Positions 1 to 10,919 of a stretch of DNA of 64,000 bases are shown in pieces. Each line of letters starts with the position of its first letter. The stretch's first letter is position 1. A program made the position numbers and the translations under genes. The notes below the pieces were generated by a model, which saw only the letters and a program-made list of their open reading frames with translations, made no database searches and was not told where the DNA came from. Origin of the DNA: an uncultured bacterium (GTDB lineage: Bacteria; Oederibacteriota; PGYV01; CAWJRG01); the NCBI GenBank assembly GCA_963845185.1, contig CAWJRG010000009.1, forward strand, positions 640,001 to 704,000. Direction: 5' to 3'.

Positions 1-1
1 A

Positions 2-343
2 ATACTTGGACTGATAATTTTTTTCCTGCTGGTTTTTTTGCGGCTCACAATGCATTTCAGGCTGAAAACAATTTTTAACAGCGACAAGCTGATTCGGGAA
101 GAAATAACATACGTTATAGACGAAAAGGGCATGAAAACAAGCGCCAGCTACGGCGGCTCACAGATTACCTGGGATAATATATACGGGGCACGTCTGGGAA
201 AAATACTTATAACAATCAATCTTGGAGAAGGCCGCATGTATTTACTGCCGGCGAGGTTCTTCAGGGACAAAAGCCAGATGCAGGAGCTCGCGGATTTATT
301 GAAAAAAGTACTGCCGAAGGGCAGGGTAAAAGGGAAAATATAA
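2..343 (+). CDS. YcxB-like membrane-associated protein, 5' partial
   Basis: Frame is open from the window edge; hydrophobic stretch then 'YVIDEKGM..ITWDNI..YLLPARFF', a YcxB-like pattern. Confidence 0.6.
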   Translation: MLGLIIFFLLVFLRLTMHFRLKTIFNSDKLIREEITYVIDEKGMKTSASYGGSQITWDNIYGARLGKILITINLGEGRMYLLPARFFRDKSQMQELADLLKKVLPKGRVKGKI

Positions 344-386
344 AAGCGGTATGCATGGATTCATAAAATTCAGAAGGAGTAGTATT

Positions 387-1910
387 ATGGAAAAGTCAGT
401 TATTATTATCGGCGCAGGCATAGCAGGCCTTTCTGCAGGGTGTTACGCGAGGATGAACGGGTATAAAACCACCATACTGGAAATGAACGACAAGTCAGGC
501 GGGCTTTGCACCGGATGGAAGAGGAAAGGATATACTTTTGACGGATGCCTGGACTGGCTCGTGGGCTCAAAGCCCGGCGACGCCATGCACGAGGGCTGGC
601 TTGAGCTTGGCGCCATACAGGGCAAAAAAATGATAGACCATGAAATTTTAATGGTGATTGAAGGCGATAACGGCCAGAAATTCACGGTATACGAGGATGC
701 CGGCAAACTGGGGCAGGAAATGTTGAGGCTGGCACCTGAAGATAAAAATGCAATCACGGGTTTTATAAACGACATAAAGGCTTTTGGGGACATGCCAATG
801 GCTCCGCCCGAGCCTGCGGCAGGCGCGAAAAAAACGGGATTCTTTGAATCTGTTGCGGATTTTTTGCGATTCTCGCCGAAACTTTTAAAAATTATAATGT
901 ATTCGCGCATGTCGGATAAAAAATTTGCCGGCAAATTCAAAAACAAGTTTTTGAGATTTGCATTCATGGAAATGTTCAATGGCCTGGATGATTTTTCCAT
1001 GCTGGCGCTTATATTCACTTTTGCCTGGATGAACGCCAAAAACGCGGCTTATGTCATTGGCGGCTCGCTTGAATTCATAGGTGGCATAGAAAAAAGGTAT
1101 AAAGGCCTTGGCGGCGAAATACAGTTTGATTCAAAGGTAAATAAGATACTCGTTGAAAACAACAGGGCCTGCGGCGTAGCGCTTGAAAACGGCAAAGAAT
1201 ACAGGGCTGATACCGTGATATCCGCGGCAGACGGCTACTCAACCATCTTTAAACTGCTGGAAGGCAGATACACAGGCAATAAAATAAAAAGAATTTACAG
1301 GACTTTCAAGCCTTTCCCTGCGATAATCCAGGTTTCCATAGGCGTGGACATGGACATGACTGGCCTGCCGCCGCTGATAAACTACCCTTTAAAAAACAAG
1401 CTCGAAATACCCGGCACTTCGGCCGCGAACAGGATGGCAGTAAGAATATTTAATTATGACCCGGCCATGGCGCCCAGGGGAAAGACCGCGGTTACCACCA
1501 TACTGGACGGCAATTACGAATACTGGAAGAACCTCAGGGAAAAAGACAAAGCCAAATACGACGAGGAAAAGAAAAAAACAGGAGAGGCAGCAGTCAGGGC
1601 CATTGAGGAAAGGTTTCCGGGTTTCGCGTCAAAAGTTGAGGTGATTGACGTGGCAACGCCGGCTACATACGACAGGTACACAGGCAACTGGAAAGCGTCG
1701 TTTGAGGGATGGCAGCCCACGACCAAAACCCTTATGGCGAAAATACCCAAAACCCTTCCGGGGCTTTTCGGTTTCCACATGATAGGCCAGTGGGTGGCGC
1801 CGGGCGGCGGCCTGCCGAGCGGGCTCATGACAGGCAAGGAAGTAATAAAGAAAATATGCAAAGAGGACGGGAAAGAGTTTACGGCAAGCAAGCCGGTTCA
1901 GGAGGAATGA
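387..1910 (+). CDS. NAD(P)/FAD-dependent oxidoreductase, phytoene dehydrogenase-like family
   Basis: N-terminal IIGAGIAGL Rossmann motif, GG..GW.RKGY.FD, C-terminal GQWVAPGGGLP; RBS AAGGAG before ATG 387. Confidence 0.85.
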   Translation: MEKSVIIIGAGIAGLSAGCYARMNGYKTTILEMNDKSGGLCTGWKRKGYTFDGCLDWLVGSKPGDAMHEGWLELGAIQGKKMIDHEILMVIEGDNGQKFTVYEDAGKLGQEMLRLAPEDKNAITGFINDIKAFGDMPMAPPEPAAGAKKTGFFESVADFLRFSPKLLKIIMYSRMSDKKFAGKFKNKFLRFAFMEMFNGLDDFSMLALIFTFAWMNAKNAAYVIGGSLEFIGGIEKRYKGLGGEIQFDSKVNKILVENNRACGVALENGKEYRADTVISAADGYSTIFKLLEGRYTGNKIKRIYRTFKPFPAIIQVSIGVDMDMTGLPPLINYPLKNKLEIPGTSAANRMAVRIFNYDPAMAPRGKTAVTTILDGNYEYWKNLREKDKAKYDEEKKKTGEAAVRAIEERFPGFASKVEVIDVATPATYDRYTGNWKASFEGWQPTTKTLMAKIPKTLPGLFGFHMIGQWVAPGGGLPSGLMTGKEVIKKICKEDGKEFTASKPVQEE

Positions 1911-1913
1911 TAA

Positions 1914-2618
1914 ATGAAAAATGATAAAAGGCTTTGGAACCCGGATAATTTCATATGGCTCAGCGCGCTTTTTTCGTTTTATCCTGCCGCGATACTGTGC
2001 GCGCTCAACTGGGGCAGGCTGGGGCAAAAGGATAAACAGAGGAATTACATGATATATTATTCCATAGGGTTTATTGCGCTGATAGCCGCCTTAATTTATA
2101 TCCCGGAAAGTTTCGCAAAAGGCGTGGCTGTAGGCGTAAACGTCGCGCTGGGCTTTCAAATGCAGCGGGCGCAAAAGGCAGAGTACGCAAAAAAAGCTGG
2201 GTATAACGGCAAGGCGCCCATACTGCTGCCGCTTGCGGCCTGCATTGCTGTAACAGGGCTGGTTGTGTGGTATATGCTCGCGTTCCCGGCTTTTTCGGGC
2301 AGCAACCTGGATTTCAACGGCAATAAAGTATTTTATACGCAGGGCGTGAGCAAAGACGAGGCGGAAAAACTTGGGAATTACATGGTATCGACCGGGTTTT
2401 TCAGCGGCGAAAATAAAAAAGACATAAAGCTTGACAATGCGCAGGATTGTTTTATCGTATCGTTTGTGATGGCCAACAACGCCGTGGCTGGGAAAAATGA
2501 AACCAAGGATACATTCAGGCAACTGGCGAAGCTCATATCAAAAACAGTGTTTAATAATGCAAAGGTTAAAGTGGAACTGTGCGATGATTCTTTTAAGCCT
2601 TTGGTAACTTTGGAGTAG
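1914..2618 (+). CDS. Hypothetical membrane protein
   Basis: About four hydrophobic segments then a soluble domain; RBS GGAGG. Confidence 0.7.
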   Translation: MKNDKRLWNPDNFIWLSALFSFYPAAILCALNWGRLGQKDKQRNYMIYYSIGFIALIAALIYIPESFAKGVAVGVNVALGFQMQRAQKAEYAKKAGYNGKAPILLPLAACIAVTGLVVWYMLAFPAFSGSNLDFNGNKVFYTQGVSKDEAEKLGNYMVSTGFFSGENKKDIKLDNAQDCFIVSFVMANNAVAGKNETKDTFRQLAKLISKTVFNNAKVKVELCDDSFKPLVTLE

Positions 2619-2656
2619 CGGCATTTGGCTGATTTTTGGTTAAAGGAGGATATATT

Positions 2657-3067
2657 ATGACAGATGAAAATCCCGGTAAAAAGAAAATCATGGTGGTGGA
2701 CGACGATGAGGATATAGTCAAGATAATAAAAATTGTTTTTGAAGAGGAAAATTATTCCGTTATAGCGGCATACAGGGGCAAAGAATGCCTTGATAAACTT
2801 GCAGCAAATGAAAAACCCGATATTATCCTTATTGATATCATGATGGCCGGAATGAGCGGATATGATTTATATGCAAAAATAAAGGAAAACGGCGAATACA
2901 AAGACATGAAAATAGCTTTTTTCTCAGTGAAAGCCCGGGCTGAAGACATCGAAAAAGGCCTGGCAATGGGCGCGGACGATTATATAACGAAACCTTTTGA
3001 CCCGTATGAGCTTGTAGAGCGCGTAAATAAAATCCTCGAAAATGATAAAGCAAAAGGTGGGGATTAA
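2657..3067 (+). CDS. Single-domain response regulator (receiver)
   Basis: VVDDD, PDIILIDIMM, GADDYITKPF; RBS AAGGAGG. Confidence 0.92.
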   Translation: MTDENPGKKKIMVVDDDEDIVKIIKIVFEEENYSVIAAYRGKECLDKLAANEKPDIILIDIMMAGMSGYDLYAKIKENGEYKDMKIAFFSVKARAEDIEKGLAMGADDYITKPFDPYELVERVNKILENDKAKGGD

Positions 3068-3140
3068 TTGCATCCCGAATAACGGTAATTGGAAATTTTT
3101 AAAAGTTGAAAATTGATAATTTGTAAAACAGGAGGCCTTT

Positions 3141-4136
3141 ATGAAAAAAACTTTTTTGGTCCTGGCAGTATTATTTGTTATTGTTCTTATCAGCACCTGC
3201 GGGTGCAGCAAGAAAAAAAGCAACCCTGCAGGGCCGGCGCCTGCGGCAACTAACACGCCTGTTTCCGGAAGCGACTGGACAGCGGCAACAACATCCGCGG
3301 CATTTACCGGAAGAGAAAATTTTTCCGGCGTGGTATTCAATAATGAAATGTGGGTGATAGGCGGCGCTGGCGGCGGCACAGGTTATTTGAATGACGTATG
3401 GCACTCAAGCGACGGCATAAACTGGACAGAGGCGACAGCAGGCGCTGGATTCAGCGCAAGATACAGTCATACAAGCGTGGCATACAGCAGCGTAATATGG
3501 GTAATAGGAGGAAGGAACGCGAGCAGTTATTTTAACGACGTATGGTATTCAGGCGACGGCATTAACTGGAATGAGGCAACGCCGGGTGCGGCATTTACCG
3601 GAAGATGCGGCCATTCAGGCATTGTATTTAACAATGAAATGTGGGTTATGGGCGGATGGACAGGTAGCGTTTTGGAAAGCGACGTATGGTATTCAAGCAA
3701 CGGCATAGACTGGGGATGCACAATCACCGCGGCGGCATTCGGCCCGAGGCAAAACCAGACCAGCGTTGTATATAACAATGAAATGTGGCTTATAGCCGGC
3801 GATGGTAACGGCCCTTTTTTGAATGACGTATGGTATTCAAGCAATGGAGTGGACTGGGCAGTGGCTACAACAAACGCGGCATTCAGCGCAAGGTCGTATC
3901 ATAGCAGCATTGTATATGGCAATAAAATGTGGGTAATAGGCGGCGAGGATAACAGCTATAATTTTAATAATGACGTGTGGTATTCCAGCGACGGGGTAAA
4001 CTGGACAGAAGCCACAGCGTCGGCAGGATTCGACGCAAGGGCTAACCCTGTAGGTTTGGCATATAACAATGAAATGTGGATAATAGGAGGATGGGACTAC
4101 AGCCATTTAAAAAACAACGTGTGGTGGGCGAAGTAA
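3141..4136 (+). CDS. Lipoprotein with Kelch-like/Asp-box beta-propeller repeats
   Basis: Signal peptide with Cys (TCGCSKKK); six repeats of 'MWVIGG...NDVWYSSDG.NW'. Confidence 0.85.
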   Translation: MKKTFLVLAVLFVIVLISTCGCSKKKSNPAGPAPAATNTPVSGSDWTAATTSAAFTGRENFSGVVFNNEMWVIGGAGGGTGYLNDVWHSSDGINWTEATAGAGFSARYSHTSVAYSSVIWVIGGRNASSYFNDVWYSGDGINWNEATPGAAFTGRCGHSGIVFNNEMWVMGGWTGSVLESDVWYSSNGIDWGCTITAAAFGPRQNQTSVVYNNEMWLIAGDGNGPFLNDVWYSSNGVDWAVATTNAAFSARSYHSSIVYGNKMWVIGGEDNSYNFNNDVWYSSDGVNWTEATASAGFDARANPVGLAYNNEMWIIGGWDYSHLKNNVWWAK

Positions 4137-4234
4137 ATAATTATCAATTAAAAATTGTCAGTTTTCAATTAAGGTAGTTTGGTTTTAATTGAAAATTGAG
4201 AATTGAAAATTTAAATTTAAGGAGGTTTTTGATT

Positions 4235-4768
4235 ATGAGGCCATCAGGAGCATTGATGATAGAGCACAGGCGCATTGAGAAAATACTGCCTGTCATCCAG
4301 AAAAGGATCAGCAGGCAGGAAAAAGACCAGCCCATGGACCCGGTTTTTATCGATACAGTGGTGGATTTTTTCAGGTTTTACGCGGACTGGACGCACCACG
4401 GCAAGGAAGAGGACATACTATTCATGGCAATCGGGGAAAAGGAACTTTCAAACGCGCACAACAGGATGAAGGAAGAGCTGATAAAAGAGCATGCTTATGC
4501 CAGGTCGGTGGTCGGAGATATTGTCGAGTGCAACAAAAAATACAGGCTGGGCGACAAAACCGCGCTGGACGAGATTATCAAAAACCTGAAAATACTTATC
4601 GGATTTTACCCGAAGCACATAAAAAAAGAGGACGAGGTTTTCTTCCCGGAAGTGATGAAATATTTCAGCAGGGAGGAACTGGATTTAATGCTGCATGACT
4701 TCTGGGATTTTGACAGCAAAATGATTCACGAAAAATACGACAGGGTGCTTGAGAGCCTAAATTTTTAG
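4235..4768 (+). CDS. Hemerythrin-domain protein
   Basis: EHRRI, HHGKEEDILF, EH, HIKKEDEVFF motifs; RBS AAGGAGG. Confidence 0.88.
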   Translation: MRPSGALMIEHRRIEKILPVIQKRISRQEKDQPMDPVFIDTVVDFFRFYADWTHHGKEEDILFMAIGEKELSNAHNRMKEELIKEHAYARSVVGDIVECNKKYRLGDKTALDEIIKNLKILIGFYPKHIKKEDEVFFPEVMKYFSREELDLMLHDFWDFDSKMIHEKYDRVLESLNF

Positions 4769-4917
4769 GTAAAATTTGGGATTTGGGATTCTGTATTTGG
4801 GATTTGGTGCAAAATTCCAAATTACTGAATGGAAATTAATTGACAAATTATAATTGAATGAAACTGGGAGGGAACGATAGATGCCAAATAGTGAATTAAT
4901 GTATTTTGGTTTACTAA

Positions 4918-7900
4918 ATGGTGATAAATTCCAAATTTCACTTGTCCACCGAAGTAGTAACAAAGGAGAAAATTCCAAATCCCATTACTGAATGGAATAA
5001 ATACTCAAAACCCATCCGCGTCATAAACAGCTTGATAAATAAATATTTTATTTTATTATTTATGCTGATTTTTCCGGCACTTGTTGCAAGCAGCCTGCAG
5101 GCAGCGCCTGTTTCATACGATAACAGCGCTTTTGCCGTGCTTAACCCGTGGGAAGGCGGAACCGGGAATACTTTGTGTGTCAATATAGATGTCACCTCAA
5201 ATAATGGCATGCTGCTGGTGGAGCTCTGTAAAGACCCGGCGGTCAATGGCCCGGTGGGAAATGCATCTGTCAGCAGTGTAACATACGATGATATAGCAAT
5301 GCAATTCGTGACATCGGTCGCGGATAGCGACAACCCCATAGAAGTCGACATTTACGCGCTTGCAAACCCTCCGGACGGCAATTATCCTGTCTGCGTAACG
5401 CTTACCGCAAATGATTTTGTGATAATGGATGTGGTCAGTTACAACAACGTCGGCCAAATAGGGGCAATTTCAGTCAACCATGTATACCTGGATTCTTACC
5501 TGTCAACAACGATTACCACGACAACGCCGGGGAGCTGGATTGCGGGTATTGCCGGCGTAAGGGCGAATGATAATATAGCCACGATGAGCAGCGACTGGAT
5601 TCCCAGGTTAAATGTAACTATGAACGGAGACAGGACAGGATTGAGCTTTGACCAGCCCGCTGCGTCGCCGGGCACTTATTTTCCAAACGTCACCAATGAC
5701 TACTACAGCGAGTGGCAGGCACTGGTCATTGCGGCCGTCGAGCTTGAGCCGTCAGACATACAGGTGCCGCCTGACTCTACAACGACAATCACGATTACAA
5801 TATCGCCGACAATTACAGTGACGGAAACGCTCACGCTGACGCCCAGTTATACCGCCACTTTGGTATCCGGGCCGACACCATGTTTTATAACAAAATGGGG
5901 GTCTTCAGGAACCGGCAACGGGCAGTTTTCAGTGCCTGAAGGAATAGCGGTATCCGGCATCGGAAACGTGTATGTCACGGATTTTTTAAATGACAGGATC
6001 GAGGAATTCAGCGGCACAGGTGCGTATATCACGCAGTGGGGCAATCAGGGAAATAACAACGGCCAGTTTGTCCATCCCCTGGGAGTGGCTATAGACAGCA
6101 GCGGAGACGTGTATGTCGCAGACTCTAATAATAACAGGATACAGGAATTCAGCAGCACGGGCGCGTATATAACGCAATTTGGAATGCAGGGGCCAGATGC
6201 AGGAATGTTTCACAGTCCTTCCGGCATAGCAATAGACAGCAGCGGAGACGTATATGTCGCGGACTCGGGCAATAACAGGATACAGGAATTCAGCAGCACG
6301 GGCACGTATATCACGCAATTTGGCAGTTCGTATTATGGTTCCGGAACCGGCAACGGACAGTTTAATCATCCTGAAGGAGTGGCAATAGACAGCAGCGGGA
6401 ATGTTTTTGTTACAGATTCGTGGAATAACAGGGTAGAGGAATTCAGCAGCACAGGCGCATATATAACACAATGGGGAAGCAGCGGGACCAGCCCCGGGCA
6501 GTTTAGTACGCCGATCGGCATAGCAATAGACAGAAGCGGAAATATATATATTGCAGACGTTGGCAATAACAGGATACAGGAATTCAGCAATACAGGCGTG
6601 TATATGACACAATGGGGTAGTTATGGAACCGGCAATGGATTTTTTGATTGGCCTTATGTCGTAGCAGCAGACAGCAGCGGCGACGTGTATGTCGCGGATG
6701 ATAATGACAAGGTTCAGGAATTCGGCGTATGTGGCAGCCCGACGATAACGCCCGTAGTGTCATTAACAATCACAGTGACATTAACGCCGACCGATACTGC
6801 CACTTTAGTACCCGGGCCGACGCCTTGCCTTATCATGCAATGGGGCAGCTCCGGAAACGGCAACGGGCAGTTTTATAATCCTTATGGAATAGCATTAAAC
6901 AGCAGCGGGGATGTGTATGTAACAGATGATAGTAATGACAGAATCGAAGAATTCAGCAGCACAGGCGCATATATGAATCAATGGGGCGTTCTTGGAAACG
7001 GCAACGGGCAGTTTCATGGGCCTTTTGGAGTGGCAGTATCCGGCAGTGGAAATGTTTATATTGCCGACACATATAATAACAGAATCCAGGAATTCAGCAG
7101 TACAGGAACATATATAACACAATGGGGCAGTAATGGGTCCGGCAACGGGCAGTTTAATTTGCCTTATGGAGTGGCAGTGGACAGCAGCGGGAATGTGTAT
7201 GTTACAGACGAAGGTAACAACAGAATCGAAGAATACGGAGTATGCGCGAGCCCGACGCCGACTTTGCCGGTAACACCTTCGATAACACAAACCATATCAA
7301 TAACGGCAACGGCTTCATGCACTCCGGTAGTTACAGGAACGGCTACACCGACAAGCACATGCAGTTTCCCGTCAAGTTACGACACGGACACGATTGCTGC
7401 GTATGAATTTGAGAACAACGGGAACGACAGCAGCGGCAACGGCTACAATTTAATACCTGTAAACGGCGGAGGGAGTTATCAGACTTCTCCTGTAAAATAT
7501 GGCTCATATTCTTATTACAATAGCCTGACAAACAACAGCTATGATTTATTCCCTGCAGCGCTCGAAACCAGACTGGCTGCATTAAGTTCCTTTGCTATTG
7601 AATTCTGGGTTTATATACCCGTTCAAACCCCGTGCGTACATTCACTCATACCGGTAGTCAGGGGAACTGCAGAAGGGCAGCCAAACGTCATTATGCTGCA
7701 GATAAATAACAGCAGTAACTGGAACGACTGGGGCGGCGCTTTGATTAATTTTAAAATAGGGGCAACTGAGATTTTTATAACCATGTCTTATCCATCAGTT
7801 GGATGGCACCATTTCAGTATTGACTGGACAGGCACGGTATATAATTTATACATGGACAGCACGATTGCCGGGTATATAAATTCGACGGCAAATGTTTTTG

Positions 7901-8754
7901 CGTCCGGTTCTGGTAATACGTTTGGACTTTCGTCATATTTTGGAAACACGGAAGGCGACTATGGCATTCCTGCAGGGTCCGGGCTTGACAGGCTGATTAT
8001 TTCAGACATAGCCCGCGGCGGGCATGAGACGTTACCGAGCGGCTGCTACGGACCGACAAATACGGCAACATACACACGGACGCCGACGTATACAAACACT
8101 ACATCGCCGATAAGCACTTATACGCAGACAGCGGCATTCACCATGTCACCGACAAATATAAACACGAATACTGATACAGCAACATCAACGATTACGGAGG
8201 CATTTACTGAGACGCCGACGTATACAACAACGCCGACGTACACAAACACTGCATCGCAGACAAGTACTTATACGCAGACAGCGACATTTACCATATCGCC
8301 AACCTATACAATTACAGATACCGGCACAGCGATACCGACCATGACAGCAACGCTTACCCAAACCCTGACTTACACAATAACGCCGACTGATACGAATACC
8401 CCGGCGCTGACTTTCACGGCAAGTATAACGCCCACTTCCACAATATCGCCTACAATTACAATAACTCCCACTTATTATTACGGCAGCGGAATTATTATTT
8501 ATCCCAACCCGTATAATCCCGGGAAAGCAGTTGACGGAACGTTGAAATTCATCAACGTGCCGATTAACGCAAACATATTCATTTATACAATATCAGGGGA
8601 AATAGTGATTTCACTGGCAGCGCAGGCGCCGGATGTTTTCTGGAATGGCAGGAATTCATACAACAGCCCGGTATCGCCCGGAATTTATTATTACGTAATT
8701 AAACTGGGTTCAAGCAATATATTAGAAATCGGCAAGATATTCGTGGTTCATTAA
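4918..8754 (+). CDS. Large secreted protein: NHL repeats, LamG-like domain, Thr/Pro-rich linkers, C-terminal YPNP (FlgD/T9SS-sorting-like) domain
   Basis: Many 'GQF..P.G.A.DSSGNVYV.D..NNRIQEF' repeats; 'IYPNPYNP...IYTISGE...WNGRN...SPGIYYY'; start uncertain (signal-like segment begins near 5032). Confidence 0.85.
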   Translation: MVINSKFHLSTEVVTKEKIPNPITEWNKYSKPIRVINSLINKYFILLFMLIFPALVASSLQAAPVSYDNSAFAVLNPWEGGTGNTLCVNIDVTSNNGMLLVELCKDPAVNGPVGNASVSSVTYDDIAMQFVTSVADSDNPIEVDIYALANPPDGNYPVCVTLTANDFVIMDVVSYNNVGQIGAISVNHVYLDSYLSTTITTTTPGSWIAGIAGVRANDNIATMSSDWIPRLNVTMNGDRTGLSFDQPAASPGTYFPNVTNDYYSEWQALVIAAVELEPSDIQVPPDSTTTITITISPTITVTETLTLTPSYTATLVSGPTPCFITKWGSSGTGNGQFSVPEGIAVSGIGNVYVTDFLNDRIEEFSGTGAYITQWGNQGNNNGQFVHPLGVAIDSSGDVYVADSNNNRIQEFSSTGAYITQFGMQGPDAGMFHSPSGIAIDSSGDVYVADSGNNRIQEFSSTGTYITQFGSSYYGSGTGNGQFNHPEGVAIDSSGNVFVTDSWNNRVEEFSSTGAYITQWGSSGTSPGQFSTPIGIAIDRSGNIYIADVGNNRIQEFSNTGVYMTQWGSYGTGNGFFDWPYVVAADSSGDVYVADDNDKVQEFGVCGSPTITPVVSLTITVTLTPTDTATLVPGPTPCLIMQWGSSGNGNGQFYNPYGIALNSSGDVYVTDDSNDRIEEFSSTGAYMNQWGVLGNGNGQFHGPFGVAVSGSGNVYIADTYNNRIQEFSSTGTYITQWGSNGSGNGQFNLPYGVAVDSSGNVYVTDEGNNRIEEYGVCASPTPTLPVTPSITQTISITATASCTPVVTGTATPTSTCSFPSSYDTDTIAAYEFENNGNDSSGNGYNLIPVNGGGSYQTSPVKYGSYSYYNSLTNNSYDLFPAALETRLAALSSFAIEFWVYIPVQTPCVHSLIPVVRGTAEGQPNVIMLQINNSSNWNDWGGALINFKIGATEIFITMSYPSVGWHHFSIDWTGTVYNLYMDSTIAGYINSTANVFASGSGNTFGLSSYFGNTEGDYGIPAGSGLDRLIISDIARGGHETLPSGCYGPTNTATYTRTPTYTNTTSPISTYTQTAAFTMSPTNINTNTDTATSTITEAFTETPTYTTTPTYTNTASQTSTYTQTATFTISPTYTITDTGTAIPTMTATLTQTLTYTITPTDTNTPALTFTASITPTSTISPTITITPTYYYGSGIIIYPNPYNPGKAVDGTLKFINVPINANIFIYTISGEIVISLAAQAPDVFWNGRNSYNSPVSPGIYYYVIKLGSSNILEIGKIFVVH

Positions 8755-9064
8755 TAATTGGATACTTTTTTTATTGAAGTTCAACGCTTGCTGGAGAAGA
8801 GGCTGATTTAAGAAATATAGGATTCTTAGGTTGTGCCTATTCTGAAAAATCAAATCTCGTACCGGAGCTTCACTCCGTTTCCACCCGTTTTAACACCTGT
8901 TTTTTCCTGGGATTAAAGGCCATAAAAAGCGGAATAAAGGTCTATCTAAATAACTGCCTGCAGTATACAATTGTTTGTTTAAGGTGGATGAATAAAAGGG
9001 TATTGAAGTTACAAAGCTAACGCAGTAAAAACTGCCTGAGTTACTAAATCACAAGGAGGATTTT

Positions 9065-9205
9065 ATGAAAAAAGGTTTTATAAATAAAAATGCTATTTTA
9101 ATTATCGGAATTGTTTTAGTCGGCGCCAGTTTTTTTGTCCATGACTATTCCATGCAGCCTTTAGTGGTCGGCGCTGTTTTAATCGGCGTAGGCCTTTTGA
9201 AATAG
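9065..9205 (+). CDS. Small 46-aa membrane protein (not in ORF track)
   Basis: RBS AAGGAGG; MKKGFINKNAILIIGIVLVGASFFVHDYSMQPLVVGAVLIGVGLLK, two hydrophobic segments. Confidence 0.65.
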   Translation: MKKGFINKNAILIIGIVLVGASFFVHDYSMQPLVVGAVLIGVGLLK

Positions 9206-9393
9206 CTGCAGGTTTTAACCAGGTCCATTACGCAGTATTAGGGGCGTACGCTGAATCCGTATAAAATTTTAACCAAGGACTCATATCTGTAGAGGAAACC
9301 ATAAACTATCCGCTATTGCTCGAGTTTATGGTCCTGTTCCGGGGCAAAACGGCTGGTACACGGGAAATTGAAATCAAAGGAAGGAGAACACTA

Positions 9394-9558
9394 ATGGCAA
9401 AAGAAACACAGAAACTGTCACTCGAAGCATTTCAGAACGAAGTCCGCAAGCTCGCCGGAGAAATCTACAAGAAAAGAACTGCCGGCAAGAAGTCCGGCGA
9501 TTCGCTTTCAGACTGGCTGCAGGCGGAGAAAGAAGTAAAGAAGGAATACGGGATATAA
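9394..9558 (+). CDS. DUF2934-like small protein
   Basis: 'VRKLAGEIYKKR...GDSLSDWLQAEKE'; RBS AAGGAG. Confidence 0.7.
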   Translation: MAKETQKLSLEAFQNEVRKLAGEIYKKRTAGKKSGDSLSDWLQAEKEVKKEYGI

Positions 9559-9693
9559 GATAATCATCCAGCCACACGGTAGTTAAGGAAAAAGGCATCA
9601 CTTGCCCGCTTAATTATGCGTTGCAGGCATTTAATTGACAATTAATCGCAAGATTAAATTGTGCATGAACCTGTTTAAAAGGAGGTAACTTAA

Positions 9694-9939
9694 ATGAAAA
9701 AAATAATCATGGTATTGATGGCAACCGCGTTTGCAATTTCGATGGCGTTTGCAGTTGAAAAACCTGCTGCAGTAGCAACAGCAGCGGTTGCAGTTTCAGC
9801 TCCAGCCGGGGCAACCGGGACAGTAAAACCGGTTGTAAAGAAAATAAAGAAAGCAAAAAAAGCGAAAAAGGCAGTTGTGAAAGTCAAGGCTACAGAAACA
9901 GCTCCAGCAGCAGCAGCCGTAACTCCAGCAGCAAAGTAA
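9694..9939 (+). CDS. Small secreted Ala/Lys-rich low-complexity protein
   Basis: Signal peptide ending AFA; KKAKKAKK tract; RBS AAGGAGG; followed by a terminator. Confidence 0.75.
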   Translation: MKKIIMVLMATAFAISMAFAVEKPAAVATAAVAVSAPAGATGTVKPVVKKIKKAKKAKKAVVKVKATETAPAAAAVTPAAK

Positions 9940-9963
9940 AGCAAAAATATTGTTTTGATTTTG

Positions 9964-10001
9964 AAAAGGCATAGAATCATAACGGTTCTATGCCTTTTTT
10001 T
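9964..10001 (+). terminator. Intrinsic terminator
   Basis: AAAAGGCATAGAA...TTCTATGCCTTTTTTT. Confidence 0.85.
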
Positions 10002-10163
10002 GTCCGCCGGTTTATCCGCCGGCTTGCACGCCATAGTCTACTGACGAAGGCGGCAATTGAAAATTGGAAATTGTTTAAAATTTCAAATCCAAACCCTCAT
10101 CCTTGTTTTGAATGAGCGCATGATATTGCTTGATTCTGCGAAAAAATATATTATAATAAGCAT

Positions 10164-10454
10164 ATGAAAAAACTTGATGAAATAATCAGGCGTTTAAAAG
10201 AGCTTGAGCCGGAACTGGCTGAAAAATACAAGGTGAAAAGCCTTGCTGTATTCGGTTCATTTGCAAGAAACCAGCAGGGGGAAAACAGCGACCTGGATAT
10301 ACTTGTCGAATTTTCCGGGCCTGTAGGTTTTGAGTTTTTTAGGGCCCAGAGATTTCTGGAAGAGAAACTGGGGATGAAAGTCGACCTTGTCACAAGGGAC
10401 GCTATCAAGCCGGGCATTGAAAAGAACGTATTGAGGGATCTGGCACGTGTCTGA
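10164..10454 (+). CDS. Minimal nucleotidyltransferase (MNT/MntA-type antitoxin)
   Basis: FGSFARN...SDLDILVEF...VDLV; promoter-like TTGATT/TATAAT at 10130-10157. Confidence 0.9.
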   Translation: MKKLDEIIRRLKELEPELAEKYKVKSLAVFGSFARNQQGENSDLDILVEFSGPVGFEFFRAQRFLEEKLGMKVDLVTRDAIKPGIEKNVLRDLARV

Positions 10455-10782
10455 AAGAGATTACAGCCTTTATATTTCCGATATTCTCCAGTCAATCAAG
10501 AACATACATGAATATATCGCCGGGATGGACGAGTCAAAATTTAAATCGGATAAAAAAACCATAGATGCCGTGATTAGAAATTTTGAAATAATAGGCGAGG
10601 CCGCGAATAAACTGCCGGATGATATAAGAATGAAAACCCCTGATATACCGTGGCGGGATATTATTGATTTCAGGAACAGGATAGCGCATGAATATTTTGG
10701 AGTAAGTGTTTCAATAGTATGGCAGATAATCGGGAAAGAACTCACGCCCTTAAAAGATAATATGGAAAAATTAAACAAATAA
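10447..10782 (+). CDS. HEPN/DUF86 (HepT-like) RNase toxin
   Basis: DAVIRNFEIIGEA, IPW, RNRIAHEY (Rx4-6H); overlaps the MNT gene. Confidence 0.9.
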   Translation: MSERDYSLYISDILQSIKNIHEYIAGMDESKFKSDKKTIDAVIRNFEIIGEAANKLPDDIRMKTPDIPWRDIIDFRNRIAHEYFGVSVSIVWQIIGKELTPLKDNMEKLNK

Positions 10783-10919
10783 CCCATCATGCCTTTTTTA
10801 ACCGATAAATGCTCTCGCCGCCTGCATTATTTAAATTTTTTCCCGCTTACCGTTTTACCCGCTTTTATGAAGGGAAGTGATTGGTCCGTGGGATTGGTAC
10901 GGGAATTCCAAATTACTGA

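Noticed and set aside
7980..8480. Thr/Pro-rich tracts as non-coding repeat arrays (also 55550-55960)
   Set aside because: They are in-frame low-complexity linkers.
10027..10053. CGCCATAG..CGAAGGCGG hairpin (inverse copy near 48026) as a novel element
   Set aside because: Only two degenerate copies of a common REP-like type.
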